This document shows positions 16,674 through 26,100 of a DNA stretch of 64,000 bases, one piece after another (position 1 is the first letter of the stretch; each line of letters opens with the position of its first letter). Source of the stretch: a virus; the IMG/VR virus record IMGVR_UViG_3300045988_171958, positions 64,001 through 128,000 of that record. One strand, written 5' to 3'. Below the pieces are notes generated by a model that was not told the origin of the DNA, did no database searches, and saw nothing but the letters and a program-made list of their open reading frames with translations. A program made the translations under genes and the position numbers.

Positions 16674-17705
16674 ATGAAAGATTACTATGATATTTTAGGT
16701 GTATCTAGAGATGCATCAGAAGATGATATTAAAAGAGCATATAAGAAAATAATGCTCAAATATCATCCAGATAGAATGGGTAACAAATCTGATAAGGAAA
16801 AGAAAGAAGCTGAAGAGATTGTAAAATCAGCTAATGAAGCTTATGAGACTTTATCAGATCCACAAAAGAAGCAAGAATATGACAATCCAGGTTTTGGTGG
16901 AGGATTTGATCCATTTGCTGATTTCTTTGGTCATGATAGGTCAAATGGGACATCTTGGCATACTGAAGATTATCGAGATTTGAGAGGTAAGAATTGTGAA
17001 GGAAAATTGAATATTGATATTTCTGATTTCTATTTTAAAGGTATCAAGTCAGTAGCATATTTGAAGGATTTCAGATGTAATGTTTGTGATGGTGAAGGTG
17101 GTACTGGTGTTAAAGTTTGTTCACACTGTAATGGTACTGGTATGGTAACTGAATCTAGACGGCAAGGAAACATGTTCTTCCAATCTAGCCATCCATGCCC
17201 TTATTGTAATGGTAAAGGCAAGACAGTAGAACATAAGTGTGCGGCTTGTTCTGGTACTGGTTTTATTGGTAAGTTGGTAAATGAAGAAATTGACTTGTCA
17301 AGAATTCCATTGGAATATCTTTTGAAAGATGGTATTAGAATTGATGTTGGTCCACTTGGTTCTGAATCTAAATCTGTAAATGGAACAAATGGAGAACTCT
17401 ATATTACTGTACAACATACTTATGACCATAATAAATATCATATTGATGATTATGGTAATGTAGAAGGTAAAGAAGATATTGATTGGAAGGATGTAATGCT
17501 TGGTGGTAAGATTGAAATCAATTTACCTGGTAATAAGAAGATGAGAATAAATCTTCCAGAATGTTCTGAAGTAGGTAAGAAACTTAGAATAAAAGGAAAA
17601 GGTATTGATGGGCATGATTATACAATGGTTGTCAACCCAGTATTCCCTAAAACACTTGATAAAGAAACAAAGAAAGCAATTGAACATTTAAAAGAGAAAG
17701 GATAG
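16674..17705 (+). CDS. dnaJ: Hsp40 co-chaperone DnaJ (type I)
   Basis: J domain DYYDILGV...YHPDR, G/F region GFGGGFDPFADFFG, and four CxxCxGxG zinc-finger repeats. Confidence 0.95.
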   Translation: MKDYYDILGVSRDASEDDIKRAYKKIMLKYHPDRMGNKSDKEKKEAEEIVKSANEAYETLSDPQKKQEYDNPGFGGGFDPFADFFGHDRSNGTSWHTEDYRDLRGKNCEGKLNIDISDFYFKGIKSVAYLKDFRCNVCDGEGGTGVKVCSHCNGTGMVTESRRQGNMFFQSSHPCPYCNGKGKTVEHKCAACSGTGFIGKLVNEEIDLSRIPLEYLLKDGIRIDVGPLGSESKSVNGTNGELYITVQHTYDHNKYHIDDYGNVEGKEDIDWKDVMLGGKIEINLPGNKKMRINLPECSEVGKKLRIKGKGIDGHDYTMVVNPVFPKTLDKETKKAIEHLKEKG

Positions 17706-17709
17706 AATA

Positions 17710-18669
17710 ATGGAAGATAGTAAGGTTTTATATTATATAAACAAAGGTATAGAAAGATTACAAGAGAATTGTAGATTTCCACCAGAATCTATTATAGATA
17801 ATGATAGATTTTTATCTGCTTATGCTTTTACAAATAATGATTATAGAATATTCCAACGCTGGATAACAGTAATCATGGAAGTAAAAGCAATAGATACAAG
17901 TAAGTCATTCTTCATACCATGTATTCTCCGTAAAGTACCAGAACGAATATTTAATGAAAGAGTAAATGATATTTGCTATGGCGCATCTACTCAATATACA
18001 TTGAATGATTCATATATAGAAGATTTAGAGATTGTATTGAATGAAAAGTATTATAAGATACTAGCAGAAAACAATTTCATGAAGGCAGTATATTGTGAAA
18101 ATGGAGAACTGAAAATGAGACAAAGTTATTCATTTGATACAAATATGTCTGTAGCTGCTATGAAGCTGTATCCAAGAAAATGCAATTTAGCTTTCTATCC
18201 ATATTCATTCAGTATGTTTGCATATACATCAGATCGAAATTCATGGAATACTGAGTTGATGAATATTATCGGAGACAGGAGTTTTGAAAGTATAACAAAA
18301 TTATCTAAACAATATTTTACTATCAATGATGTAAGTCTTGGAACATTCATTTCTAAATTGTCTCTTAATGAAGGATATTCTAATGGAAGATCTGGAATTG
18401 GATATGAGAATACTATTATGAAATGTGTATGTAATTCTCTTTCATTAGTATTTTATGATAAGACAACATTATCAGATGAGGAAATAGAGAAAGCTGCTAT
18501 TACTATAAATGAAAATGATCCTAACTTCAATAAAGCATATACTATTGATTGTCAAGGTAAGAAATTTAAAGAAGTGGATGAATTCTTTGATAATCAAGAA
18601 AAAATAGAAAAGAAAAATAAAGAAAATAAACCAAATATTATCATAACAAATGATGAATTTTTGATTTAA
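17710..18669 (+). CDS. hypothetical protein, 319 aa, tightly linked to dnaJ
   Basis: ORF starting 4 nt after the dnaJ stop. No recognisable motif, and it is not GrpE-like by eye. Confidence 0.65.
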   Translation: MEDSKVLYYINKGIERLQENCRFPPESIIDNDRFLSAYAFTNNDYRIFQRWITVIMEVKAIDTSKSFFIPCILRKVPERIFNERVNDICYGASTQYTLNDSYIEDLEIVLNEKYYKILAENNFMKAVYCENGELKMRQSYSFDTNMSVAAMKLYPRKCNLAFYPYSFSMFAYTSDRNSWNTELMNIIGDRSFESITKLSKQYFTINDVSLGTFISKLSLNEGYSNGRSGIGYENTIMKCVCNSLSLVFYDKTTLSDEEIEKAAITINENDPNFNKAYTIDCQGKKFKEVDEFFDNQEKIEKKNKENKPNIIITNDEFLI

Positions 18670-18706
18670 ATTTTTCTATATTATTAATGTTAAAACAATT
18701 AAACTT

Positions 18707-18775
18707 GGGCCATTACGGATTTGACAATCGATACTAAACTTCGGTTGGACGTGAGTTCGAATCTCACATGGTCCA
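18707..18775 (+). tRNA. tRNA-like element with canonical acceptor and T arms but a non-canonical D/anticodon region (best-guess anticodon UAA; uncertain)
   Basis: 7-bp acceptor stem GGGCCAT/ATGGTCC with one G-U pair. U at position 8. T arm GTGAG-TTCGAAT-CTCAC. The central part folds only as a 7-bp stem (18725-31/18741-47) with a 9-nt loop TACTAAACT. Total length is only 69 nt. Confidence 0.4.
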
Positions 18776-18794
18776 CTAAACTTGAAAGAAGACT

Positions 18795-19688
18795 ATGGAA
18801 ATTTTAGACAAGAAATTTAGTAAGTACAAAGTATTTTTTGCAGAGAAAGGTATTACATCTACTTCTGCTAATCATGTTTCTAATAAAGGTAAAGAGTTGT
18901 TGAAGTCAGAACAGGCAATTCTTGACAATATCAATTTTGTCAATACTACTGCTTCATTGCTTTCTGGTGGTGAATCTAGAACTATTACCAAAGGTATGAG
19001 TGCAGATTCTTTTGAATCTATGCATAAGACTATTGCAAAGATTGCAAATCTGAATGCTATGAGTGCATGGATTCATGAAGCAATCAAAGCAAAGACAGAG
19101 ATTCTTGAGTATGTTCAGTCACTTAGTATTGACAACTGGGCTAAAGAACAGAATATTGAACTTCCAAATGCCGCATGTAAGGAATTTCCAATTACTGAAT
19201 CTGATGTAATTGGTACATGGGATGTTGCTAAAAGAAATAAGTATTATGTATATGAATCTTATTGTTCTCTTGTTGGTAAGTTCATTCATCCTAAAGGAGC
19301 ATTTTATGAAGCTAAAGCACAGATGAATAATGCTGTACAGAATCCAAACAAGGTAGAAGGTTCTGGTCGTGATGCAATCATTTATTCTTATGAACCGTCT
19401 ATGCCAATATCTGATGTAAATGTAGAATATAATTGGTTGTCTACTGAACTCCGACATAAAGAAGCAGAATTCAATAAGATGAAGCAAGAAATTGTAGATG
19501 CTATTACAGAAGATAAGCTTGCTAAGGCACAGAAGTTCAATGATGCATATGCAAAATATATTGATACAATGGAAAGTATCAGAAATAAGTTTGACATGTG
19601 GAAAACTAAGGCTGTAAAGGAAGTTAGTGCATTGAAGATTTATCTTCCACAAGGACCTAAGCAGACTTATGATGAAATCAACAAATAA
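18795..19688 (+). CDS. hypothetical protein, 297 aa
   Basis: Long ORF. The antisense ORFs inside it are considered spurious. Confidence 0.65.
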   Translation: MEILDKKFSKYKVFFAEKGITSTSANHVSNKGKELLKSEQAILDNINFVNTTASLLSGGESRTITKGMSADSFESMHKTIAKIANLNAMSAWIHEAIKAKTEILEYVQSLSIDNWAKEQNIELPNAACKEFPITESDVIGTWDVAKRNKYYVYESYCSLVGKFIHPKGAFYEAKAQMNNAVQNPNKVEGSGRDAIIYSYEPSMPISDVNVEYNWLSTELRHKEAEFNKMKQEIVDAITEDKLAKAQKFNDAYAKYIDTMESIRNKFDMWKTKAVKEVSALKIYLPQGPKQTYDEINK

Positions 19689-19744
19689 AATTAAAATATT
19701 GACATAGTAGATTTGCAAGTCCGGTTTAAGATAAGCAAGTCAAA

Positions 19745-19984
19745 TGACATCAGTTATGTGATTACTTCTGAATATATATCTATCTTAGTAACATAGGTGA
19801 AAGCCAAAATCTATATTGGTTTTGACTCTGATAATGAAACTGAGTATCAAGGGATCAAATAAATTTTTTGACCATACAATGTGTAAGCGTACACGCTATG
19901 TTGTTATGGTGTTCTAGTTCATGATCTTGCGCCTTGATACGTTCTTGCTATAGTTCTGGATATTATTGTCATGAACTGATGTCA
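19745..19984 (+). ncRNA. candidate structured ncRNA or long structured 3' UTR (about 240 nt, ORF-free)
   Basis: Nested long-range complementarity: 19745-55/19974-84 (11 bp), 19844-52/19932-40 (9 bp), and hairpin 19871-19910. Locally higher G+C. Followed by a strong hairpin plus T-run. Confidence 0.4.
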
Positions 19985-19990
19985 ACGGAA

Positions 19991-20047
19991 AGGTTAAGAA
20001 ATAGTAGAAAATATTTAAATATGTTTTTGAAATTTCTTAACCTTTTT
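19991..20047 (+). terminator. long-stem terminator-like hairpin that overlaps the next promoter
   Basis: 12-bp stem AGGTTAAGAAAT/ATTTCTTAACCT followed by TTTTT. The 29-nt loop contains the TTTG -33 element. Confidence 0.55.
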
Positions 20048-20055
20048 CTATATTT
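20026..20055 (+). promoter_or_regulatory. promoter (TTTGAAATTT-N-TTCTATATTT)
   Basis: TTTG at 20026-20029, a 19-nt spacer, then TATATTT. Confidence 0.55.
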
Positions 20056-20072
20056 ATTATGTATTAAAATTA

Positions 20073-20381
20073 ATGATTAAGATTATGATAAAGAACAATT
20101 ATTCAAAAGCATATACATATACGATTATTGTGAACATCATATTTGCAAATGGTGTTAAAGAAAAGCTTTGTCGATACACTTGCGACATCAATTTGAATCC
20201 AATTAATAAGATTATGGACAAGTTGAATGCTACATTGATTGATAAAGATGGTACTCCAACGTTAGAATTTGCTAATTGGATTATTGAGAATCATCCAGAA
20301 TTCAAGATAAGTGATATTCTTGATAAGGATACTAGAATATATTTTGAATTTGTTGATTCACTTCCTGCAATTAACATTTAG
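20073..20381 (+). CDS. hypothetical protein, 102 aa (tandem paralogue 1 of 3)
   Basis: ORF sharing DGTPT.E...I and a C-terminal ...D.(L/I)P pattern with the next two ORFs. Confidence 0.55.
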   Translation: MIKIMIKNNYSKAYTYTIIVNIIFANGVKEKLCRYTCDINLNPINKIMDKLNATLIDKDGTPTLEFANWIIENHPEFKISDILDKDTRIYFEFVDSLPAINI

Positions 20382-20408
20382 AATGTAGAATATTTAATAA
20401 AATATATT

Positions 20409-20750
20409 ATGATTAAAGATTTTGATAAGAATAAAGTAGAAGTGATGGATTATGGTTCAAATGGTCATTATCCTATTCCATTAGAAAAAGATATTGTTAT
20501 TGTACAGGTATCAGTTCCGTGTTATGAGGTAGGTGATGAAGTTTGTACATATTTGTTTCAGATACTTGTATTGAAGGATGATACTTCTTGGAAATCTGAT
20601 TATGCTAATTCAGATGGTACACCAACCGAATATACAAGAGAAGTTATCAATCAGATTTCTGGAACAGAATATGATAAAGAAGTATATGACAAGACAGAAG
20701 TGGCATTTACATATTTGGAAGATATTCCTAATGTTAAATATTGTAAATAA
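20409..20750 (+). CDS. hypothetical protein, 113 aa (tandem paralogue 2)
   Basis: ORF with SDGTPTEYTREVI...YLEDIP. Confidence 0.55.
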   Translation: MIKDFDKNKVEVMDYGSNGHYPIPLEKDIVIVQVSVPCYEVGDEVCTYLFQILVLKDDTSWKSDYANSDGTPTEYTREVINQISGTEYDKEVYDKTEVAFTYLEDIPNVKYCK

Positions 20751-20758
20751 GATAGATC

Positions 20759-21013
20759 ATGAGAAAGTTTGTAGTAAGTACAATAATTAATTGTAATCTA
20801 TATCCAGTAATGAATGTGGTAATGGCTGATGATATTCATAAGATTATGGATGATGATAGCCATCCAACAGAAAAGATGATAGAAATTCTTACAAACAAGA
20901 GCCCTTATCTTGCATCTTATATTAAAAGATATAAACCACAAAGAAAAGATATTTATTGCAATTATATTTGCATCGATGATGATTTGATACCATCACCTTG
21001 TAAAATTGACTAA
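20759..21013 (+). CDS. hypothetical protein, 84 aa (tandem paralogue 3)
   Basis: ORF with DDSHPTEKMIEIL...DDDLIP. Confidence 0.5.
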   Translation: MRKFVVSTIINCNLYPVMNVVMADDIHKIMDDDSHPTEKMIEILTNKSPYLASYIKRYKPQRKDIYCNYICIDDDLIPSPCKID

Positions 21014-21014
21014 A

Positions 21015-21710
21015 ATGGAAACTAAGAAATATAAAATTTGGAGATTTGCATATACTAGTTGTGTTGATGAATTGATATTGCCAGCTGATATGAAACTTCA
21101 TCAGTTGCATAAGCCATTTGATGTATGTAACATATTTTATTATGCTAAAGAAATTGATAGAGAGGTAGTCAATTATTCATACGTTGGTACTATGCCATAT
21201 TCAAAAGAAGCTTGGAAGATTCTTCATGACAACAAACAAACTTTGAATATCAAATGTTATAATATATTTGATAATGATATTGTTGTTCATGTAGATCAAA
21301 TTTATCCATTGACTGATGATTTTCCAGTGACTGATGAATATCCCCATATAGGTGTTTCATATTTCGAAGAAAGAAATTATGCGGATGGAGATATTTATGA
21401 TTACATCAAATTTCATGATAAGAATAAGGAAAAGCCTAATTATGAAAAATTAGCAGAAGATTTTTTCTATCCGGTAACAAAATACGTCAAGATTCAAGGT
21501 ATCGATGAGAAATTTCCACTTATGTTGGATGTTTATGAAGTAATATTGACAACTAAATTGGATGATGTTCCCTTTGAAGGATTGATACATACAAGTAAGA
21601 ATGTTGATAATGTATTGCCATCCGAATATAATTCAAGAGTAAAAGGAAAAAAGATAACTCAAGCACAATATAATTTTGCTTGTGCTAATCAAATAGGTTT
21701 AATAGGTTAA
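21015..21710 (+). CDS. hypothetical protein, about 231 aa
   Basis: The first ATG, 21015, follows the previous stop. The track start at 21006 is a TTG. Confidence 0.6.
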   Translation: METKKYKIWRFAYTSCVDELILPADMKLHQLHKPFDVCNIFYYAKEIDREVVNYSYVGTMPYSKEAWKILHDNKQTLNIKCYNIFDNDIVVHVDQIYPLTDDFPVTDEYPHIGVSYFEERNYADGDIYDYIKFHDKNKEKPNYEKLAEDFFYPVTKYVKIQGIDEKFPLMLDVYEVILTTKLDDVPFEGLIHTSKNVDNVLPSEYNSRVKGKKITQAQYNFACANQIGLIG

Positions 21711-21733
21711 TAATGCTTATAAGTGGATAAAAC

Positions 21734-21952
21734 ATGGGAGAAAATAAAAATATTGGAATTTGGTTTGCGGTAAATAAAGACAATAAATTATTTCTTTTTA
21801 CATCAGAACCAAAACGAGTAGGTGATGGATGGTTTGGTGATTTCTTTTTGAATAGCTTGATTCATAATAACATTGAAACAATGTTAAAAGGAAGCAAGTA
21901 TTCATTTAATGATGAACCCCAATATCTAGAATTTAAATTAACAGTACAATAA
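21734..21952 (+). CDS. hypothetical protein, 72 aa
   Basis: ORF. Confidence 0.5.
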   Translation: MGENKNIGIWFAVNKDNKLFLFTSEPKRVGDGWFGDFFLNSLIHNNIETMLKGSKYSFNDEPQYLEFKLTVQ

Positions 21953-21953
21953 A

Positions 21954-22268
21954 ATGGGTAAATTAATAGATGTAAGTGTAAAATATTTTGGGCGTACTTT
22001 AGGATCATCATTAGAATCCGTTAAGAGGGCTAGTGAGTTTTATAAGAATGATCCTGGTACAATTGATGATCCTAATTCATTAGATGAATTGTGGAAAATG
22101 GTAGAAGAATGCGAAGACACCAAAGAAGCGGCGGATAAGTTATTGGAAGATATGAATGATTGGTATGACAAGCATCTCATTGATTTCAGATCTATGCTTG
22201 GTTTCTCATTGCAACCATTATGGGGTTCAGTAGGTCTAACATTATCAACATTAATGGAAAAGAAATAA
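21954..22268 (+). CDS. hypothetical protein, 104 aa
   Basis: ORF tightly packed against its neighbours. Confidence 0.55.
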   Translation: MGKLIDVSVKYFGRTLGSSLESVKRASEFYKNDPGTIDDPNSLDELWKMVEECEDTKEAADKLLEDMNDWYDKHLIDFRSMLGFSLQPLWGSVGLTLSTLMEKK

Positions 22269-22269
22269 C

Positions 22270-23097
22270 ATGAAAGTACAAAAGACAAAACGATTGGTTG
22301 TAGGTGATATTCATGGTAATTATGATAAGTTCAATACTATTTATAATTTGGAAAAACCAGAAGACCCAAATACTACATTGTATGAAGTAATTACTTTAGG
22401 TGACTATTTTGATACCTATGAAGATATCACACCAGAGCAGCAATTAGAAGGTTTTAAGAATTTGTTAGCATTGCAGAAGAAACATAATAAAGAAGAAGGT
22501 TTGTTCTATATGCTTATTGGTAATCATGACTTTCATTATCTTATTGATGGTAGTGACAAATATAGTGGTTATAACCAAGTAACACAGTTGCTTGCTGGAC
22601 AGTTATTGAAGGATTGTGTCAAATCTAGAAAACTTAGATTTTCTTTTGTTGATATGACAAATAGAATCATCTATAGCCATGCTGGTGTAACAAACAAATG
22701 GATTCATGAACGTCATAAGGTAAGTATTCCTATTAATATGATTAATATTGATAGTTTTGACAACTTCAAGTTTACTTACGGTTCACATTTTGATCCTTAT
22801 GGAAATGATCCATTGAATGGCCCACTTTGGGTAAGACCAGAAGCATTGTTATCTGATATGTATGAAGATTACGACCATGAAGCACAATATATGCGTACTT
22901 GGACTCAGATTGTAGGACATACTAAATGTAAGGAACCTATTATTGCTCATGAAGATGGTTCAAAATGGAAACCATCAGAAGATTGGTTCACAGCTAAATT
23001 CTATGATATTGATTGTCTTGAAAATGGATATTATATTGTAGAATGGTTAGATGAAGAAGGTTATATTACAGATAGAGAAGTTAAGAAATTGAAATAA
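22270..23097 (+). CDS. calcineurin-like metallophosphoesterase (lambda Ser/Thr phosphatase-like)
   Basis: Motifs GDIHGNYDK, GDYFD, GNHD and HAG occur in the canonical order. Confidence 0.8.
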   Translation: MKVQKTKRLVVGDIHGNYDKFNTIYNLEKPEDPNTTLYEVITLGDYFDTYEDITPEQQLEGFKNLLALQKKHNKEEGLFYMLIGNHDFHYLIDGSDKYSGYNQVTQLLAGQLLKDCVKSRKLRFSFVDMTNRIIYSHAGVTNKWIHERHKVSIPINMINIDSFDNFKFTYGSHFDPYGNDPLNGPLWVRPEALLSDMYEDYDHEAQYMRTWTQIVGHTKCKEPIIAHEDGSKWKPSEDWFTAKFYDIDCLENGYYIVEWLDEEGYITDREVKKLK

Positions 23098-23128
23098 AAA
23101 TGAGCAGAACTTAAGTTCTGCTCATTTC
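23096..23128. terminator. bidirectional intrinsic terminator between convergent blocks
   Basis: Palindrome TGAGCAGAACTT/AAGTTCTGCTCA flanked by an A-run and a T-run. Confidence 0.8.
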
Positions 23129-23149
23129 AGGGTATATAGAATAAAATAA

Positions 23150-26100
23150 TTATTGATTATAATAAGATTTACCATAACAATATAAGTTAACTGTATGACT
23201 AGTAGAAGCATCAGTACCAATATGTATATTCTTTGGAATCTTATCAATAGGACATACAAATGTATATTCATAAGATGAAGTACCAAGTGTAGAAGCATCA
23301 GTACCTTGTACTGCAGTTAATGTATGTTTGGTTGCATTTAATGTATAATTATAAGTTTTGGTCCAATCCTTTGTTGATGTACCAGAAGTAGCAGTAACTT
23401 TATAATCAGAAATAGAAGCTGTAGTATCATAGGTTTGTGGATCAAATGCAGTTATTGTCTTATCATCACTACATGTTAAAGTACCAGTAAAATCAACTGT
23501 TGCTCCATAATTTTTAAGGGTAAATGTACAACTAGCAGTTGATCCTCCATAAGAGATAGTACATGTAACATCAGTAGTATTACCGTCAGTTGCATTTTTA
23601 CCAGCAGATACTGTAACTTTATTTGTACTTGTTGTACTATTACCATAATCCCAATTATATGTTACACCTGGATCATCAATTACAATAAAATCACCAAAAT
23701 TAACACCATCAGTTGAAGTGGCCATTTCACAAACAATATGTACACTTAAATCAAATGTTGAAGCATTTGTATCAAAGTATGTATGTTCAATAGTTTGTGT
23801 TGTATTTGTTTCATTAACATTTGTACCACAATAAACATAAAGATTATATATAGCAGTCATAGATGTTACTTCAAATGTCCACTCATAATCTTTTAATTCA
23901 TATTTTTTATTTATTTCATGGTTTTCTATTGTAGTAGATATATCTACACTATCTAATTTAAACGTTCTAATACCAATTACATCAGGAGTGGTTGTAACTT
24001 CTATTGTTTTAGTAGTTTTATCATACTTTTTACCATCACATAACCAATTGTATTTTATTATTGCATTTGAAGGTAAATTTTCAATAAAAGAAGGCCCTAT
24101 AAATACTTTAGTATTATTCTGTACTGGTTTACCATTTTTCTTGCTTAATTTAATTATTGCTGAAAAAGGACTAACAACCTTTATTCCGGTACGATCTTCA
24201 GTAGCACCTATTGTACATTTTATAGGTTTACTTATACTAGTAACACTTTTACATTTATCATAATTTGTACTATCAGTTTTAAAATTATCTTCATGGACAT
24301 TAATAGTTGTATTCTCATACTTTTTAATTCTAGTAAACTTTGTGATATATGCTGATTGTATTTTTGCTCCTTCAGAAGATATAGATTTATCAATAACTAG
24401 GTTTGCACAATTAAATGTTTTGGTTATTTCAAATTCTGCTGATTGTGTACCTTTACCATTCGGTGTTCCTTGTTGCACTACAGGTGCACTAGCAGTATTT
24501 TTATTGTAAGTGTATTCTAATTTTATAGTTCCTAATGGTCTTTCTTTAATACCTGTACTTACTCCTCCTGTTACTGTATAGAATTCTAATTTCTTAGAAT
24601 AATTAGTAGTATCATTAGACTTATCATCTATTTCTTTTAATAATTTAACCAATTTATTACCAGTCCAATTATTCACACCAGGTGTTATAATTGAACCAGA
24701 TTCACCTTCATTCTTATCATAAATTAAATGACAAATTTTGCTCTTTATAGTTTTAGAATCTAGATATACTTTTGTTTCATCAATTCCTTCAGAAGGTTCA
24801 AAAGACCAACTATAATAATTATCAACATCAAGTTTTCCAGCTGGTATTTTAAAATATGTATAAGTTAAAGATGTTGAAGGTTTTGTCAAGTCCGGAGTTG
24901 AAACTTTAGGATCAAATCTAGTAGATGCAGCATTGGTATAAGGGGTATCTTCAATGGGAATATTCCATTTTGTATCAACATTAATCTTAAAGAATGTGTC
25001 CTTTCCTGGTTCATACTTAGGTTCATCCGAAGCTGATATTGGTTCATTACCTCCAGAAGCACTTACCATTATCTTATCATCTATAGTATTTAATGTTATA
25101 TTATCCCATGTTAAAACACCATTATCTAAAGTAACTTTTCCTATAAGAATACCTGTTTTAATAGATGTATTACCCGATTTACAATCATTTATATCTATAA
25201 GTTCATCATATAAATTTAATGTACCATTTCCATTATCTATAATACTATTAAGTTTCTCTGATGTAAATTTTATAGTACCTGGCAAAGTTTTAGGATATAA
25301 AGGAGTTTTGTTACTTAATTTAGCAGGTATCATCGTAATAAATACATTATAATCATTTACTAAAGAAAGATCATCCACGGTATTTAAATATGTTTGCCCA
25401 TAATGTTTAAGAGTAAATGTACAAGTTGAATGATATGTTTCTTTATAAGTTGCTGTACATGTAACTATTTTATCTTTAGAATTATTATACCCTTTACCTG
25501 GTTCTAAATCAACTTTTGTATTATTTCCATTTGCTTCTGTTATAATATTGCCATTATCTTTCCATGAATATGTTACTTTAGGGTCATCAATTTCTATCCA
25601 ATTATTATAATCACTACCATTTTCTGTTGTTCTATACCAACATCTAACATATACATTTAAATTAAATGTTGATGCATTTTCAGCCCAATATAAGTGCTCA
25701 ATTGTTTCTGCTTGTGTTTGTGTTTTGGTAGAATATATAACAACACTATATTGATAACCAGTACCCGTAGTAACTACAAATTTCCATTCATATCCTAACT
25801 GGTATCTTGTAATGAATGTTTGTCCTGAAATTTCTGGATATGTAGAATTATTTTCATATTCATCTGTAACAGTACATTCATCTAATGCAAATGTTCTAGT
25901 ACCTGTTGTTGAAGGTGTAGTTGTAACTTCTATTGTGTTAGTGGTTTCACCATAAGATTCACCATCTAATTTCCAAATATATTTAATTGTTCGTTTTTTA
26001 GGTTTAACCATTTTATTACTTGCTGGACCAACAACAGTCTTACTACTATTAGAAGATATTCCATTCATCTTTAATCTATCAATTATGGCAGAAGGAATAG

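Noticed and set aside
18690-18790. The tRNA-like element with flanking CTAAACTT direct repeats, considered as an attP site or integration module.
   Set aside because: The window has no integrase, excisionase or repressor gene, and the gene content looks strictly lytic. The repeats are short enough to occur by chance in AT-rich DNA.
19119-19718. A 199-aa minus-strand ORF, together with many other antisense or overlapping ORFs (e.g. 1808..2107, 5936..6434, 15373..16209, 23988..25352, 29649..30196, 46090..46457, 52015..52401).
   Set aside because: These ORFs lie entirely inside well-supported genes on the other strand or in another frame. Their Ile/Phe/Leu/Cys-rich low-complexity composition is typical of antisense frames in AT-rich DNA.
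20578-20790. Track ORF 20578..20790, together with the upstream-extended starts of 9814, 12025, 13191, 13489 and 62340.
   Set aside because: They overlap better-supported neighbouring genes. Internal ATG starts located just after the preceding stop codons give compact, non-overlapping gene models.
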